Program-made: the position numbers and the translations under genes | The notes under the pieces: model-generated | What the model saw: only the letters and a program-made list of their open reading frames with translations | What the model was told of the DNA's origin: nothing | Databases searched by the model: none | Shown here: in pieces, positions 10,312 to 19,206 of the stretch | Layout: the number at the start of each line of letters is the position of its first letter | Position numbering within the stretch: position 1 is the stretch's first letter | Assembly (NCBI GenBank): GCA_945788155.1 | Contig: CALZKX010000218.1 | Coordinates: 46,198 to 110,197, forward strand | Reading direction: 5' to 3' | Length of the DNA stretch: 64,000 nucleotides | Source of the DNA: an uncultured Flavobacteriaceae bacterium | GTDB lineage: Bacteria; Bacteroidota; Bacteroidia; Flavobacteriales; Flavobacteriaceae

Positions 10312-10926
10312 TTATTGTCCATTTTGAACTTTTTTTAAGGTGTTTTCAAAATAATTTGTGATTAACAGTCCATGTGTATTTTTAGGATAATTACGGTCAA
10401 CCACTATGAGGTTTCCAGTTGAAACCAACTCATAAGTATCGACCACAGTACCTCGATTAATTTCAAATATGGTTTTGGTTTGGAACTGGTAAGGTTCAAC
10501 TGTCAGGTCTAATTGCGATTCTACACTCAGCACTTTTTGGACCAGTGAATATTGCAATAACCGATTGTAAACACCATCGGCTTTTTTCTGGCGATAAAGG
10601 TTATCTACAGAACTATTACCGAGCCATAACGCTTTTTCTAAATTCTTTTCGTAGTTGCTGGCATCGATGTTATAGAAATAGGTGTGGAACAATTCCAAGT
10701 GCGCTAAAGCTTCAACTTGAAAATTTTCCTTTTGTGCTACCCATTTTAAGGGAATTACCGTTCCGTCTGTATTTATGGCAAAAGAACTATTGAGTGCTTT
10801 TTTATGAGTGTCGTAAACTATCCATCCAGAAAATGCACTAGAACCCAATGCACAAATCACGACTGCAAGGACGATGAATCGATTGAGTTTAAGAACGGCG
10901 TATATGTTTTTGTATGATGTTTTCAT
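10312..10926 (-). CDS. traK: Conjugative transposon TraK
   Basis: TM, HLELFHTYF, NYPKNTHGLLI motif. Confidence 0.85.
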   Translation of the reverse strand: MKTSYKNIYAVLKLNRFIVLAVVICALGSSAFSGWIVYDTHKKALNSSFAINTDGTVIPLKWVAQKENFQVEALAHLELFHTYFYNIDASNYEKNLEKALWLGNSSVDNLYRQKKADGVYNRLLQYSLVQKVLSVESQLDLTVEPYQFQTKTIFEINRGTVVDTYELVSTGNLIVVDRNYPKNTHGLLITNYFENTLKKVQNGQ

Positions 10927-10941
10927 AATATATAATTTCGG

Positions 10942-11784
10942 TTAAGCAGTAAAAAGTCTAAAAGTGAAAGAAGTAGCTCGTTTGTATAATTTGAATTTCA
11001 GGAATACAATAAAAACCACAGAACCTAATTGTACCACAGGTGCAAAAAAGTTACTGCCTACATCTGTCCCAAAAAGATTGAACCAGAAATTGGTATTGAG
11101 TTCTGTATAAATGGCATTAATGAATACATTGACCAAAAAGAAGGCTGGTACAAGCATATATACTGCTGCATAAAGCTTGAAGAAATTGTAAGCCATAGAG
11201 CGGAATTTCTCAAAGACAGCAAGACTCAGTACCAGAGGGAAAAAGGCTTGCATGATTCCCAACAGAAAATAACGTTCGGCCAAAAACAGAGGATAAATAA
11301 AAAGGTCTAAAATCCAGAGTCCAAGACTTACTATGAATGCGATAATTTTCCAACCAAAAAGTGGCGTAACCAAAGCCTCGTATAATAATGCCATTGCTTT
11401 TTTCATAATTTCCATGACACCAACATCCTCTTCAATGGGAATATCCTGCATTTGAAGTGGCAGTAGCGCAGGCGCAGTATTTCTATACTGACCTTCAATT
11501 GCCACAAGCACACCGTCAAAAAAGCCTAAAATCTGAGTAGAGAAAATGACCAGAAGCACAATTGCAAAATTCTTCGCCAATTCACCTGGACTCAATCCCC
11601 AAGTATAACCCTCTTTATCAGCAATACCTTCATTGTATTTTTTAAGGATATTTACTAAAAAAAAGAGTACAGCGAGTGTTTTCATGCCAGCAATAGTGTA
11701 TTGCGAAAAATCACTATTCTGTATCGTTTGAAATACAGCATCGATGTACTCTAATCCAATCCCCAAAAAGAAATTTGCTGCCAT
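10942..11784 (-). CDS. traJ: TraJ-like polytopic membrane protein (VirB6-like)
   Basis: Multiple TM segments; lies between TraI-like and TraK genes. Confidence 0.7.
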   Translation of the reverse strand: MAANFFLGIGLEYIDAVFQTIQNSDFSQYTIAGMKTLAVLFFLVNILKKYNEGIADKEGYTWGLSPGELAKNFAIVLLVIFSTQILGFFDGVLVAIEGQYRNTAPALLPLQMQDIPIEEDVGVMEIMKKAMALLYEALVTPLFGWKIIAFIVSLGLWILDLFIYPLFLAERYFLLGIMQAFFPLVLSLAVFEKFRSMAYNFFKLYAAVYMLVPAFFLVNVFINAIYTELNTNFWFNLFGTDVGSNFFAPVVQLGSVVFIVFLKFKLYKRATSFTFRLFTA

Positions 11785-11786
11785 AA

Positions 11787-12401
11787 TTAATAGCTTGTTT
11801 CCCTGTTATTGATTTTGTCCTGCATTTTTCTAAAAGAAATAATGTCTCGGTAGCGTTTAGTTTTTAAGTGAATTTCTGCCACCATTTCATTAGATTCACG
11901 CTCTTTGTCTTTTAATACTTCAGCACGTTCTGCATCAGTCATTTTTAGATGATCACTTGACAGTATTTCATCAATAAATTCAACGGTGTTTAGTGAACTT
12001 TCTATAATGTCATTAAAAGAATTAGTTACAGCGTTTACTTCTTCAGCTTTAATGTAAGGCGAACTTAGTATGCTGTTAAGGTCATTTTGAAGCACATTAA
12101 ATAGCTGTTGATGATTATTAGCTATCTCATTTACAGCGTTTAACTGTTGTACCACATTGGTCACTTTCTCTATGCTCTCTTTGGCATCTTTCATAAACTG
12201 TACAGTTTTTAAAAGTTGGGACGTTTGTTTTGCCGATTCTATAAGCGATTTTGCAAGACTTATAAAATTAGTGTTGTCATAAACTGGCATGCCTTGGGCA
12301 TTTCCTTTTACGCTGAAAAGGATTGCCATTACTAGAATTAAAATTGTTTTTTTACTCATTGCTAAAAATTTGTTTTGGTAGTCGTGAATCTTCGATTTCA
12401 T
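11787..12401 (-). CDS. TraI-like conjugal transfer protein (DUF4141-like)
   Basis: Signal peptide then QGMPVYDNTN; KMTDAER motif; real start may be ~12359. Confidence 0.7.
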   Translation of the reverse strand: MKSKIHDYQNKFLAMSKKTILILVMAILFSVKGNAQGMPVYDNTNFISLAKSLIESAKQTSQLLKTVQFMKDAKESIEKVTNVVQQLNAVNEIANNHQQLFNVLQNDLNSILSSPYIKAEEVNAVTNSFNDIIESSLNTVEFIDEILSSDHLKMTDAERAEVLKDKERESNEMVAEIHLKTKRYRDIISFRKMQDKINNRETSY

Positions 12402-12413
12402 GTTTAATTTGTT

Positions 12414-14810
12414 TTAAGATGTATATTCAGTAATTGCTTTTTCCATATTTTGATGCTTCTCATAAAGCGTCATTATCGCTTCATTTTCTGCACCATCAGT
12501 GAGGTAGGCAGCATAAACCTGTTTTGGGACTTCCAAACGGAAGATGTTACTCTCTTTTCCGATTTTGATGAACATTTCAGTATATTTCCGTGGTCCAGCT
12601 AAGTTGTTTTTAATGGATTTTAGTTGATTTAAATCGTGGCTTGAAAGGTTCAAGCGTTTTTGAAGCTCATCGTAACCTTTTTCATTATTCAGGCTATAAA
12701 TGACCTGAGTGTTTTCCAGAATACTTGCAGAAGTAGAATTGTTTGGCAGCTGATTAATGGACTGAAGAATAATACCAATGGCACCATTTTGTTTTCTAAT
12801 AGCTTGGTAATAAAATTCTACGCTTTCCAAAACGTTTTCAAATTTCAGTTGTTTGGCAAACTCATCGAATAATATGATACCTTTTTCAGCTCTGTTTTTC
12901 CAGATGGTTCTCTGGATAGCTGATTTTATCAGCTTCAACATTACAGAAAGGATTTCCTTATTGTCCTTGACTTCATCCAGTTCAAAAACAATCAATCGCT
13001 TGTCTTCAATTTTATAGGTTTGGTCTTCGCTGACTTCAAACAGGAAACTATATAGACCATCGCCGACATATTCAGACATGACATGCAAAAAGCTCGTGAT
13101 GTTGAAATAGTCGGGATGGATTTTTAAGGTTTTCAGAAGATCTTCCTGCTGTAGTTCTATAAAATTGTAGAAGCCTTCGAGTGAATGATTTTCTGACTCA
13201 CTACTATAATAATGGCGTAATATTTTTTTAACCGAAACCGATTGTGCTTTGGTTGCTTTGATGTCTGAAGTAAAGAGTTCGAATAAGAAAACGGATAAAT
13301 CCTCTAAACGGTCTGGAGTCAAGTCATCAAGATTACTGATATAAAAAGGGTTGATGCCCAAGTTCTTTCCGCTTTCATATCGTAAAACGGTATATTGTTC
13401 AGGATAAAGTTTGGCAAATTTGGTGTAAGAACCACCCAAATCGATGATGACCAATCGCACACCACTCTCAAAATACTGACGCAAGATGTTATTGGCCAAA
13501 AACGATTTTCCTTCTCCAGTAGGTGCAAAAATGGCAAAGTTTCGTGCCTTGATGCGTTTCTTTTTTTCATCCCAAACATCTTTGAGAACCGGAATATTAT
13601 GTTCCCTGTCGTTGAAGATAATGCCTGTTTTATCCGATTTGTAGTTACTGTTGTTTATCAGCAAGCACAAGGCATGTTTTAAATCGGTTACATACAAATC
13701 TTCATTTGAAAAGTTGGAAGAAAAGCAGAAATAACTATTCAAAATATAATTCTTGCGTTCTTCTCCTCGAGGATAGTATGGGATGATGTCAATTTCCTTG
13801 AACTCAGTCTTTATCTTTGAGGATATTCTGTCTAGCTCTCGGGCTTTCCGAGCCCAATAGATAATGTTTAGATGACCTCGGATAACACGAGCTCTATCAT
13901 CTGCATTAATTTGATCCAAGATGTGTTGAATCTTCTTTAGGACGACTTTATTCTGTGAGCCAAAGTTGGAACTCTTATTGAGTTCATCCACTTTTTTGTC
14001 TAATTGCTTGCGCCATTTCTGCTTGTCATCGAGATAAATGATTTGGTTGACAATATGGTTCTCATTTAAGGTCAGTCCGAGACCATCAATAAAACCTTGA
14101 TGAAAAACAAAGTCGTCTGATGTAAAATGTTCATTGGTTTTGCTGGTTTGTACACTTTCGCCAAAACAGAGTTCACTATTTACAGACAAAGTATCAAAGT
14201 AATGTTCGCCTATGTTGGTGTTATTTTTATCAAGAAGAATATCCGTATCAAAACCGTTATTGAATCCGTTGAAGAAGTTATTGGTCAATGCATGAATTGC
14301 TTTCGCATCCATTGGTAGATATTCCATCTTTCGACTGTTATTGATAAATGAAATGGAATCGCTTACAGCACCAATAAAACTTTCAATATGCTCATCGATT
14401 TCCTGGACTACTTTTTTCGACACCTTTTTAAATGGGTTCACATATTTGCTATTATTGAGTGCATTGTTTTTAGTCAGAATGAAAAATAAATAGCTCTGGT
14501 GTTCCATAAACTCACGACCTTTAAAATGGTTGTGCGTTGCTTTTTCCAAAAAGGTGTTGTTTGGAAGTTCCTCTGAAGAATAGCTTTTCTTGATATAGAT
14601 ATCTTGTTTATGGACTACACATCCTGTCGGCAAGGATTTTACAGCCTGAAACCATGATCCATGTATGTCCTCAAAATCCTTTTCAGATAAAGAATAGATT
14701 TCAGGGAGAGTGCCTTTAAAGCATAGCACAATGTTACCATTATTGGCAAATACAACATTCTTACGAATATCTACAATAGGATAATATGACTGTAGATTTA
14801 TCTTATTCAT
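12414..14810 (-). CDS. traG: TraG/VirB4 family conjugation ATPase
   Basis: Walker A APTGEGKS, IIDLGGSY, Walker B LFDEFAK; ATG 14810 overlaps the end of the upstream gene. Confidence 0.92.
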   Translation of the reverse strand: MNKINLQSYYPIVDIRKNVVFANNGNIVLCFKGTLPEIYSLSEKDFEDIHGSWFQAVKSLPTGCVVHKQDIYIKKSYSSEELPNNTFLEKATHNHFKGREFMEHQSYLFFILTKNNALNNSKYVNPFKKVSKKVVQEIDEHIESFIGAVSDSISFINNSRKMEYLPMDAKAIHALTNNFFNGFNNGFDTDILLDKNNTNIGEHYFDTLSVNSELCFGESVQTSKTNEHFTSDDFVFHQGFIDGLGLTLNENHIVNQIIYLDDKQKWRKQLDKKVDELNKSSNFGSQNKVVLKKIQHILDQINADDRARVIRGHLNIIYWARKARELDRISSKIKTEFKEIDIIPYYPRGEERKNYILNSYFCFSSNFSNEDLYVTDLKHALCLLINNSNYKSDKTGIIFNDREHNIPVLKDVWDEKKKRIKARNFAIFAPTGEGKSFLANNILRQYFESGVRLVIIDLGGSYTKFAKLYPEQYTVLRYESGKNLGINPFYISNLDDLTPDRLEDLSVFLFELFTSDIKATKAQSVSVKKILRHYYSSESENHSLEGFYNFIELQQEDLLKTLKIHPDYFNITSFLHVMSEYVGDGLYSFLFEVSEDQTYKIEDKRLIVFELDEVKDNKEILSVMLKLIKSAIQRTIWKNRAEKGIILFDEFAKQLKFENVLESVEFYYQAIRKQNGAIGIILQSINQLPNNSTSASILENTQVIYSLNNEKGYDELQKRLNLSSHDLNQLKSIKNNLAGPRKYTEMFIKIGKESNIFRLEVPKQVYAAYLTDGAENEAIMTLYEKHQNMEKAITEYTS

Positions 14811-15081
14811 AATAGATGATTGTTGGTTTTTTATTGCTGATAATCTTTGGAAAGACTTTTGAGAATTGAAGCAGTTGTGGGTTGTGTGCAAATTTTGTCA
14901 ATGTTATATATAGTGTAGCGTTGAATATCAAAACACCGATTACAACTGCAAAGCTGAACGAGAAGATGATAACCAAAAGCGAAGCCAGTACGGCAATCAT
15001 CATTAGCGCAAATAGTGAAACAGGCAATCCAAAAATGATAGCCCGTTTCCTTATGTTTTTATATACTTCGTATTTCTTCAT
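14803..15081 (-). CDS. TraF-like small membrane protein (VirB3-like)
   Basis: YKNIRKRAIIFGL start and two TM helices, immediately before TraG. Confidence 0.7.
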   Translation of the reverse strand: MKKYEVYKNIRKRAIIFGLPVSLFALMMIAVLASLLVIIFSFSFAVVIGVLIFNATLYITLTKFAHNPQLLQFSKVFPKIISNKKPTIIYYE

Positions 15082-15115
15082 ACAGCTAATCTAATTAAGC
15101 CCTCGATGAGGGTCA

Positions 15116-15403
15116 TTATACTACGATGCTTATTAGGTAAGTGAAGATGCCTACTACTGCACCAGCAATGAGTACAAAGACAAGAACACGCGTAATTCCT
15201 TTTTTAAGATCTGCGTTTTCGCCAAAGAAATGACCTGCGTTAAATAGAAAACCGATGAGGAAGATTACCCCAAGAATAATAGGGAAGATTGCTCTAATGG
15301 TGTCAGAAACATCATTTACAGAGTCTTCAATACCTCCAATTTGTGCAAAGCTTGATGTTGATACAAACAACATTGCGATTAGCATAAGAATTGTTTTTTT
15401 CAT
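15116..15403 (-). CDS. TraE-like pilin precursor (VirB2-like)
   Basis: Signal peptide and two hydrophobic helices; first gene of tra operon. Confidence 0.7.
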   Translation of the reverse strand: MKKTILMLIAMLFVSTSSFAQIGGIEDSVNDVSDTIRAIFPIILGVIFLIGFLFNAGHFFGENADLKKGITRVLVFVLIAGAVVGIFTYLISIVV

Positions 15404-15595
15404 AATTGATTTGATTTAGCCTTCCGATAATTATTGGTATAAGGCGATTAGTGATTAATATTTTGCGAAATCTATTATGAAATGAAGGTGAAGGAAGAAA
15501 ATCATTAAATTTTAACTCTAATTCGTGTTAAACTTTGGAAGATTCTTATGAAAAGAATGAAATCATTGCATTTTGTGTAAACTAAAACTTGAATT

Positions 15596-16249
15596 ATGAA
15601 AACGACACACTATGTTATCATCACATTAATTGGTATTGTACTTTCCAATACTTCCTATGCTCAGAAACCTTTAGTAGAAAACAAAAATCCAATTGTAATT
15701 ATAGATCCAGGCCATGGTGGAATAGATGCTGGAGCTGTGGCTATTAATAACACAAAGGAGAAAGATATTGTGTTGCGTATCGCTTCAAAAATGCTAGTTC
15801 TTAATCAGACTGTTTTAAATAACTCATTGAATCTATATATTACACGCTATACTGATACCTTGGTATCTCTGGGAGATAGAACACAGCTAGCTAAAAAGCT
15901 AAAAGCGGATATATTTATTTCGATACATTGCAATCAAGCAATAAACAGAACAGCTGCAGGAACAGAAGTGTATATTCATCCTAAAAGCGAAGTGCAAGCT
16001 GAAGAATCTGCTTATTTAGGATTTACCGTTCAAAAAGGATTAGCAGATCTACTTGGTATTAAAAACCGAGGAATAAAATATGGCAATTTTCAAGTGTTAC
16101 GAGAGAATCATAATGATACAACAAGCATTCTTTTAGAGCTTGGTTTTTTGTCTCAAACTGATGAAGCTATTTACTTGTCAAATGAAAAGTCACAATATGC
16201 TATTGCACTCGTGATATTACAATCTATTATTAAATTTTTGGAATTATGA
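15596..16249 (+). CDS. N-acetylmuramoyl-L-alanine amidase (Amidase_3)
   Basis: IDPGHGG, EKD, SIHCN, LELGF motifs; signal peptide. Confidence 0.92.
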   Translation: MKTTHYVIITLIGIVLSNTSYAQKPLVENKNPIVIIDPGHGGIDAGAVAINNTKEKDIVLRIASKMLVLNQTVLNNSLNLYITRYTDTLVSLGDRTQLAKKLKADIFISIHCNQAINRTAAGTEVYIHPKSEVQAEESAYLGFTVQKGLADLLGIKNRGIKYGNFQVLRENHNDTTSILLELGFLSQTDEAIYLSNEKSQYAIALVILQSIIKFLEL

Positions 16250-16326
16250 GGGAATTATTGATTGCCATTGTAAAGAGTATTAAAGATGTTTTAATTGCCA
16301 TTTTCAATGAGGTTTTTCGTTATTAA
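16246..16326 (+). CDS. Putative 26-aa amphipathic peptide MRELLIAIVKSIKDVLIAIFNEVFRY
   Basis: ATGA overlap with amidase stop; fills the gap exactly up to the convergent gene's stop. Confidence 0.4.
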   Translation: MRELLIAIVKSIKDVLIAIFNEVFRY

Positions 16327-19182
16327 TTAGTTTTTATTTATTTCGAATAGTTCAATTTTCTTTTTCATTTCTGTCTCTTTGTCTTTTTGGCTATCAAACT
16401 TGTATAGAAATGCGGCTATTTGATACATGTTATATAAATACTCACTTTTGTTTAGGTTCATGTCTTCTAAAATTTTTATACCTATCTCTTGATTATGAAT
16501 TGCTTGTACGGCATCTCCATTTTTTATATGAAAACCAGATAATTCGCTATAATAGGCTGCTAAATAAAAATCATTTCTATTTTGAGACGAAAGTGATTTA
16601 TGTAATGTTATTCCGGAATTCACTAATTCTATTGCTTTATCATAGTCTTCTCCCAAAGCATATGATTTTGCAAGAATTCTGTATTCAATACTTAATTGTT
16701 GATCGTTGTAAAGGGAATATTTTTTTCTGATATCTTGAACTTGCTTAAAGTATTTTAAAGCCTCAATTAGGTTGTTATCTTTCAAGTAAATATTTGATAG
16801 ATTATTTGAAGCGACAATAATATTGTTTGTAGCCTTTTCTTCATTTTTTTTGAAAATAGTTAGTGCTTTTTTAAAGTATACTAATGCGCTTTTGTGATTT
16901 TCATTTTCTGCATAACCTAACGCTAAATTATTATACATAACACCTAAACTTATTATATTAAGACCAGGATAATTTTCTCCTCTTTTTGCTAAATCAATTA
17001 ATTTTGGAAGTTCATTTAAGGATTTAAAATAGAATCTCTTTGCAAATAACAACTCGTTTTCTAAAAGTAATAGCGGTTGGTATACACTTCTTCTGTAAGG
17101 CTCTTTTACAGATTCTAATATTGACTCTGCATACCTTAAAAATCTAAAAGATTTTTTTGGAGAGTTGTAGCCTTCTTCAATTCTACCAGTTAACCAGCCA
17201 ATAAAAAACATACTAGATATAAATGGATTAAATTGTTCTCTTTGGTTATATATTATAACCTCTTGAACTATTTTATGAATATTTATCCTCTTTCTATCCT
17301 CACCAAATTCAATAAGACCTTTTTTCTCTAATGAGTTTAAAATGTTCATTATGTGAATTTTATTCTGATTGTAGAATTCTTTTCCGTTAATAAGAATTAA
17401 ATCTTCTACTAGAATATTATTTGAAGGGAGTAAAACAAGAAAATCTAAGTAGTTTTTTTCACCACTCTTAAGATTTGGTAAACTGAATTTTTCAATTAGA
17501 AAATTGAATAATCTAATCGGTTTGGGCTCATTACTTATATCTATATCAATAGCTAAATCCTCATTGTCTAAACGTTGTTCTTTTAATGAGGAAAAGATTG
17601 AGTCTAAAGTCAAATCAAAACTGTTTTCGATTGTTTTAGATATCAATTCTACAACTAGAACATTGAAATCAATGTAGTTAAAAAAATCATGAAATAATTT
17701 ATCTTCAATCTTCTCTTTGTCAGAATTTGATAAATAGATTTGTTTTGCTTCTTCAAAACTAATTCTTGGTAATTTAATGGAAGTAATAGTTTTGTGGCGA
17801 CTTCGCGTAAGGATTAATTTTTGCCAAGTTGAAAGTGATGAAAGGGACTTTAAATCTGAAATTTCATCTTCACACTTTTGTATATCAATTATTAAAAGAT
17901 TGGTTCCTGCAATTTTATTTAACTCGTTTAATATTAAGTTGAATGATTGCTTTATATTATCACTATTAGTGAATTCAATTCCTAAATTAGATATGAGTAC
18001 ATCATCCAGTAAAAATGAGTTTGGAATTGAATTTTCTACATTAACCCATATTAAGTGGTCATATTCTTCGAAGGTTTTTACATATTTTTTAGAAAATGCA
18101 GTTTTACCCATTCCACCTTCGGAATATATTGAAACCATTTTCTTTTCTTTTAATGCGTTATTTATTTGAGTTAAAAATTTCTTCCAGCCTAACATTTCTG
18201 AAGTATATACATCAGGTAATAGATTTAGGTTTTTAGGATATGTTTTTGATTTTTCTTTGGATAGACTCTTGAGTAAATTTATTTCCGATTCATGAGTTTT
18301 TTGTTGAGTTTTGATTTGCTCTACATCATATTTTAATGCTTCAAATTCAAGTCTGAGTAATTTGGTTAGCTTGCTATTTACAAATTCTTTAAGCTCATTA
18401 TCAGTGTGCTTCAATAGGCTATAAATAATATTTTTGTTTAGTGACCTGTCTTCTTGTTTCTTATTTTGTGAACTTTTATAGATTTCTGATAGAAAAACAC
18501 TAAAGAGTAGTGAGACAGGTTTGTTTTGAAATTTTGAGTGTTTTAAAATAGTGAATATTTCCTCTTTAATAACAATAATTGAATCTTCAGGAGATTTATT
18601 ATCAAACTCCCAAATGATGTTTTTTATAAATTTTGATACTTCTGTATTTATTAGAGTTATCGCGTTTTGGCTAACAGCTTTAATCTCTTCTCTTTCTTGC
18701 TCTATAATGTTTTTTTCTAGCTTTTTGTTTTTCCTTGATTTAATCTCTTTGATTAAGATTTCTTGTACTTTTTTAGAACAGATTGATAATAATGCGTTGT
18801 CTTTAAGTCCTATATCATTTACCCATTTTGAAAGTAATTTTTCTTTGGTAGATATTGAGGTATTTGTTGAGAAACAAAATGAAATTTTCTCATTTATCGA
18901 GTTGTATTTTAAGAAGAGTATATAAAAATTGAAAAGAGATTTTTTAATCTCTACAGAATTTAGGCTAAATGAAGATGCATAAGATTTTACTTGAGTAAAA
19001 ATAAGTTCTTGACCTACTTCTTTAATATCATCTTCAACTTCAGTAAGTGTTTCAATATCTTTCTCATTGATAAAATTGTCAATCCATTTTTTTAATACGC
19101 AAAGGTATTGATAATAGAAACCTCTATTGGTTGCAATAGCATCTGTTTGGACTTCGAATATTTCAATTATTTTTTCATTCAT
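16327..19182 (-). CDS. Nuclease-STAND ATPase-TPR protein (Avs-like)
   Basis: N-terminal RGFYYQ..EVEDD..QVK (Cap4/DUF4297-like nuclease), P-loop SEGGMGKT, LLIID, wHTH IHKIVQE, C-terminal TPRs (YNNLA, SNNLS). Confidence 0.8.
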   Translation of the reverse strand: MNEKIIEIFEVQTDAIATNRGFYYQYLCVLKKWIDNFINEKDIETLTEVEDDIKEVGQELIFTQVKSYASSFSLNSVEIKKSLFNFYILFLKYNSINEKISFCFSTNTSISTKEKLLSKWVNDIGLKDNALLSICSKKVQEILIKEIKSRKNKKLEKNIIEQEREEIKAVSQNAITLINTEVSKFIKNIIWEFDNKSPEDSIIVIKEEIFTILKHSKFQNKPVSLLFSVFLSEIYKSSQNKKQEDRSLNKNIIYSLLKHTDNELKEFVNSKLTKLLRLEFEALKYDVEQIKTQQKTHESEINLLKSLSKEKSKTYPKNLNLLPDVYTSEMLGWKKFLTQINNALKEKKMVSIYSEGGMGKTAFSKKYVKTFEEYDHLIWVNVENSIPNSFLLDDVLISNLGIEFTNSDNIKQSFNLILNELNKIAGTNLLIIDIQKCEDEISDLKSLSSLSTWQKLILTRSRHKTITSIKLPRISFEEAKQIYLSNSDKEKIEDKLFHDFFNYIDFNVLVVELISKTIENSFDLTLDSIFSSLKEQRLDNEDLAIDIDISNEPKPIRLFNFLIEKFSLPNLKSGEKNYLDFLVLLPSNNILVEDLILINGKEFYNQNKIHIMNILNSLEKKGLIEFGEDRKRINIHKIVQEVIIYNQREQFNPFISSMFFIGWLTGRIEEGYNSPKKSFRFLRYAESILESVKEPYRRSVYQPLLLLENELLFAKRFYFKSLNELPKLIDLAKRGENYPGLNIISLGVMYNNLALGYAENENHKSALVYFKKALTIFKKNEEKATNNIIVASNNLSNIYLKDNNLIEALKYFKQVQDIRKKYSLYNDQQLSIEYRILAKSYALGEDYDKAIELVNSGITLHKSLSSQNRNDFYLAAYYSELSGFHIKNGDAVQAIHNQEIGIKILEDMNLNKSEYLYNMYQIAAFLYKFDSQKDKETEMKKKIELFEINKN

Positions 19183-19206
19183 TAATTAAAGCGTGATTTT
19201 TTAGAG

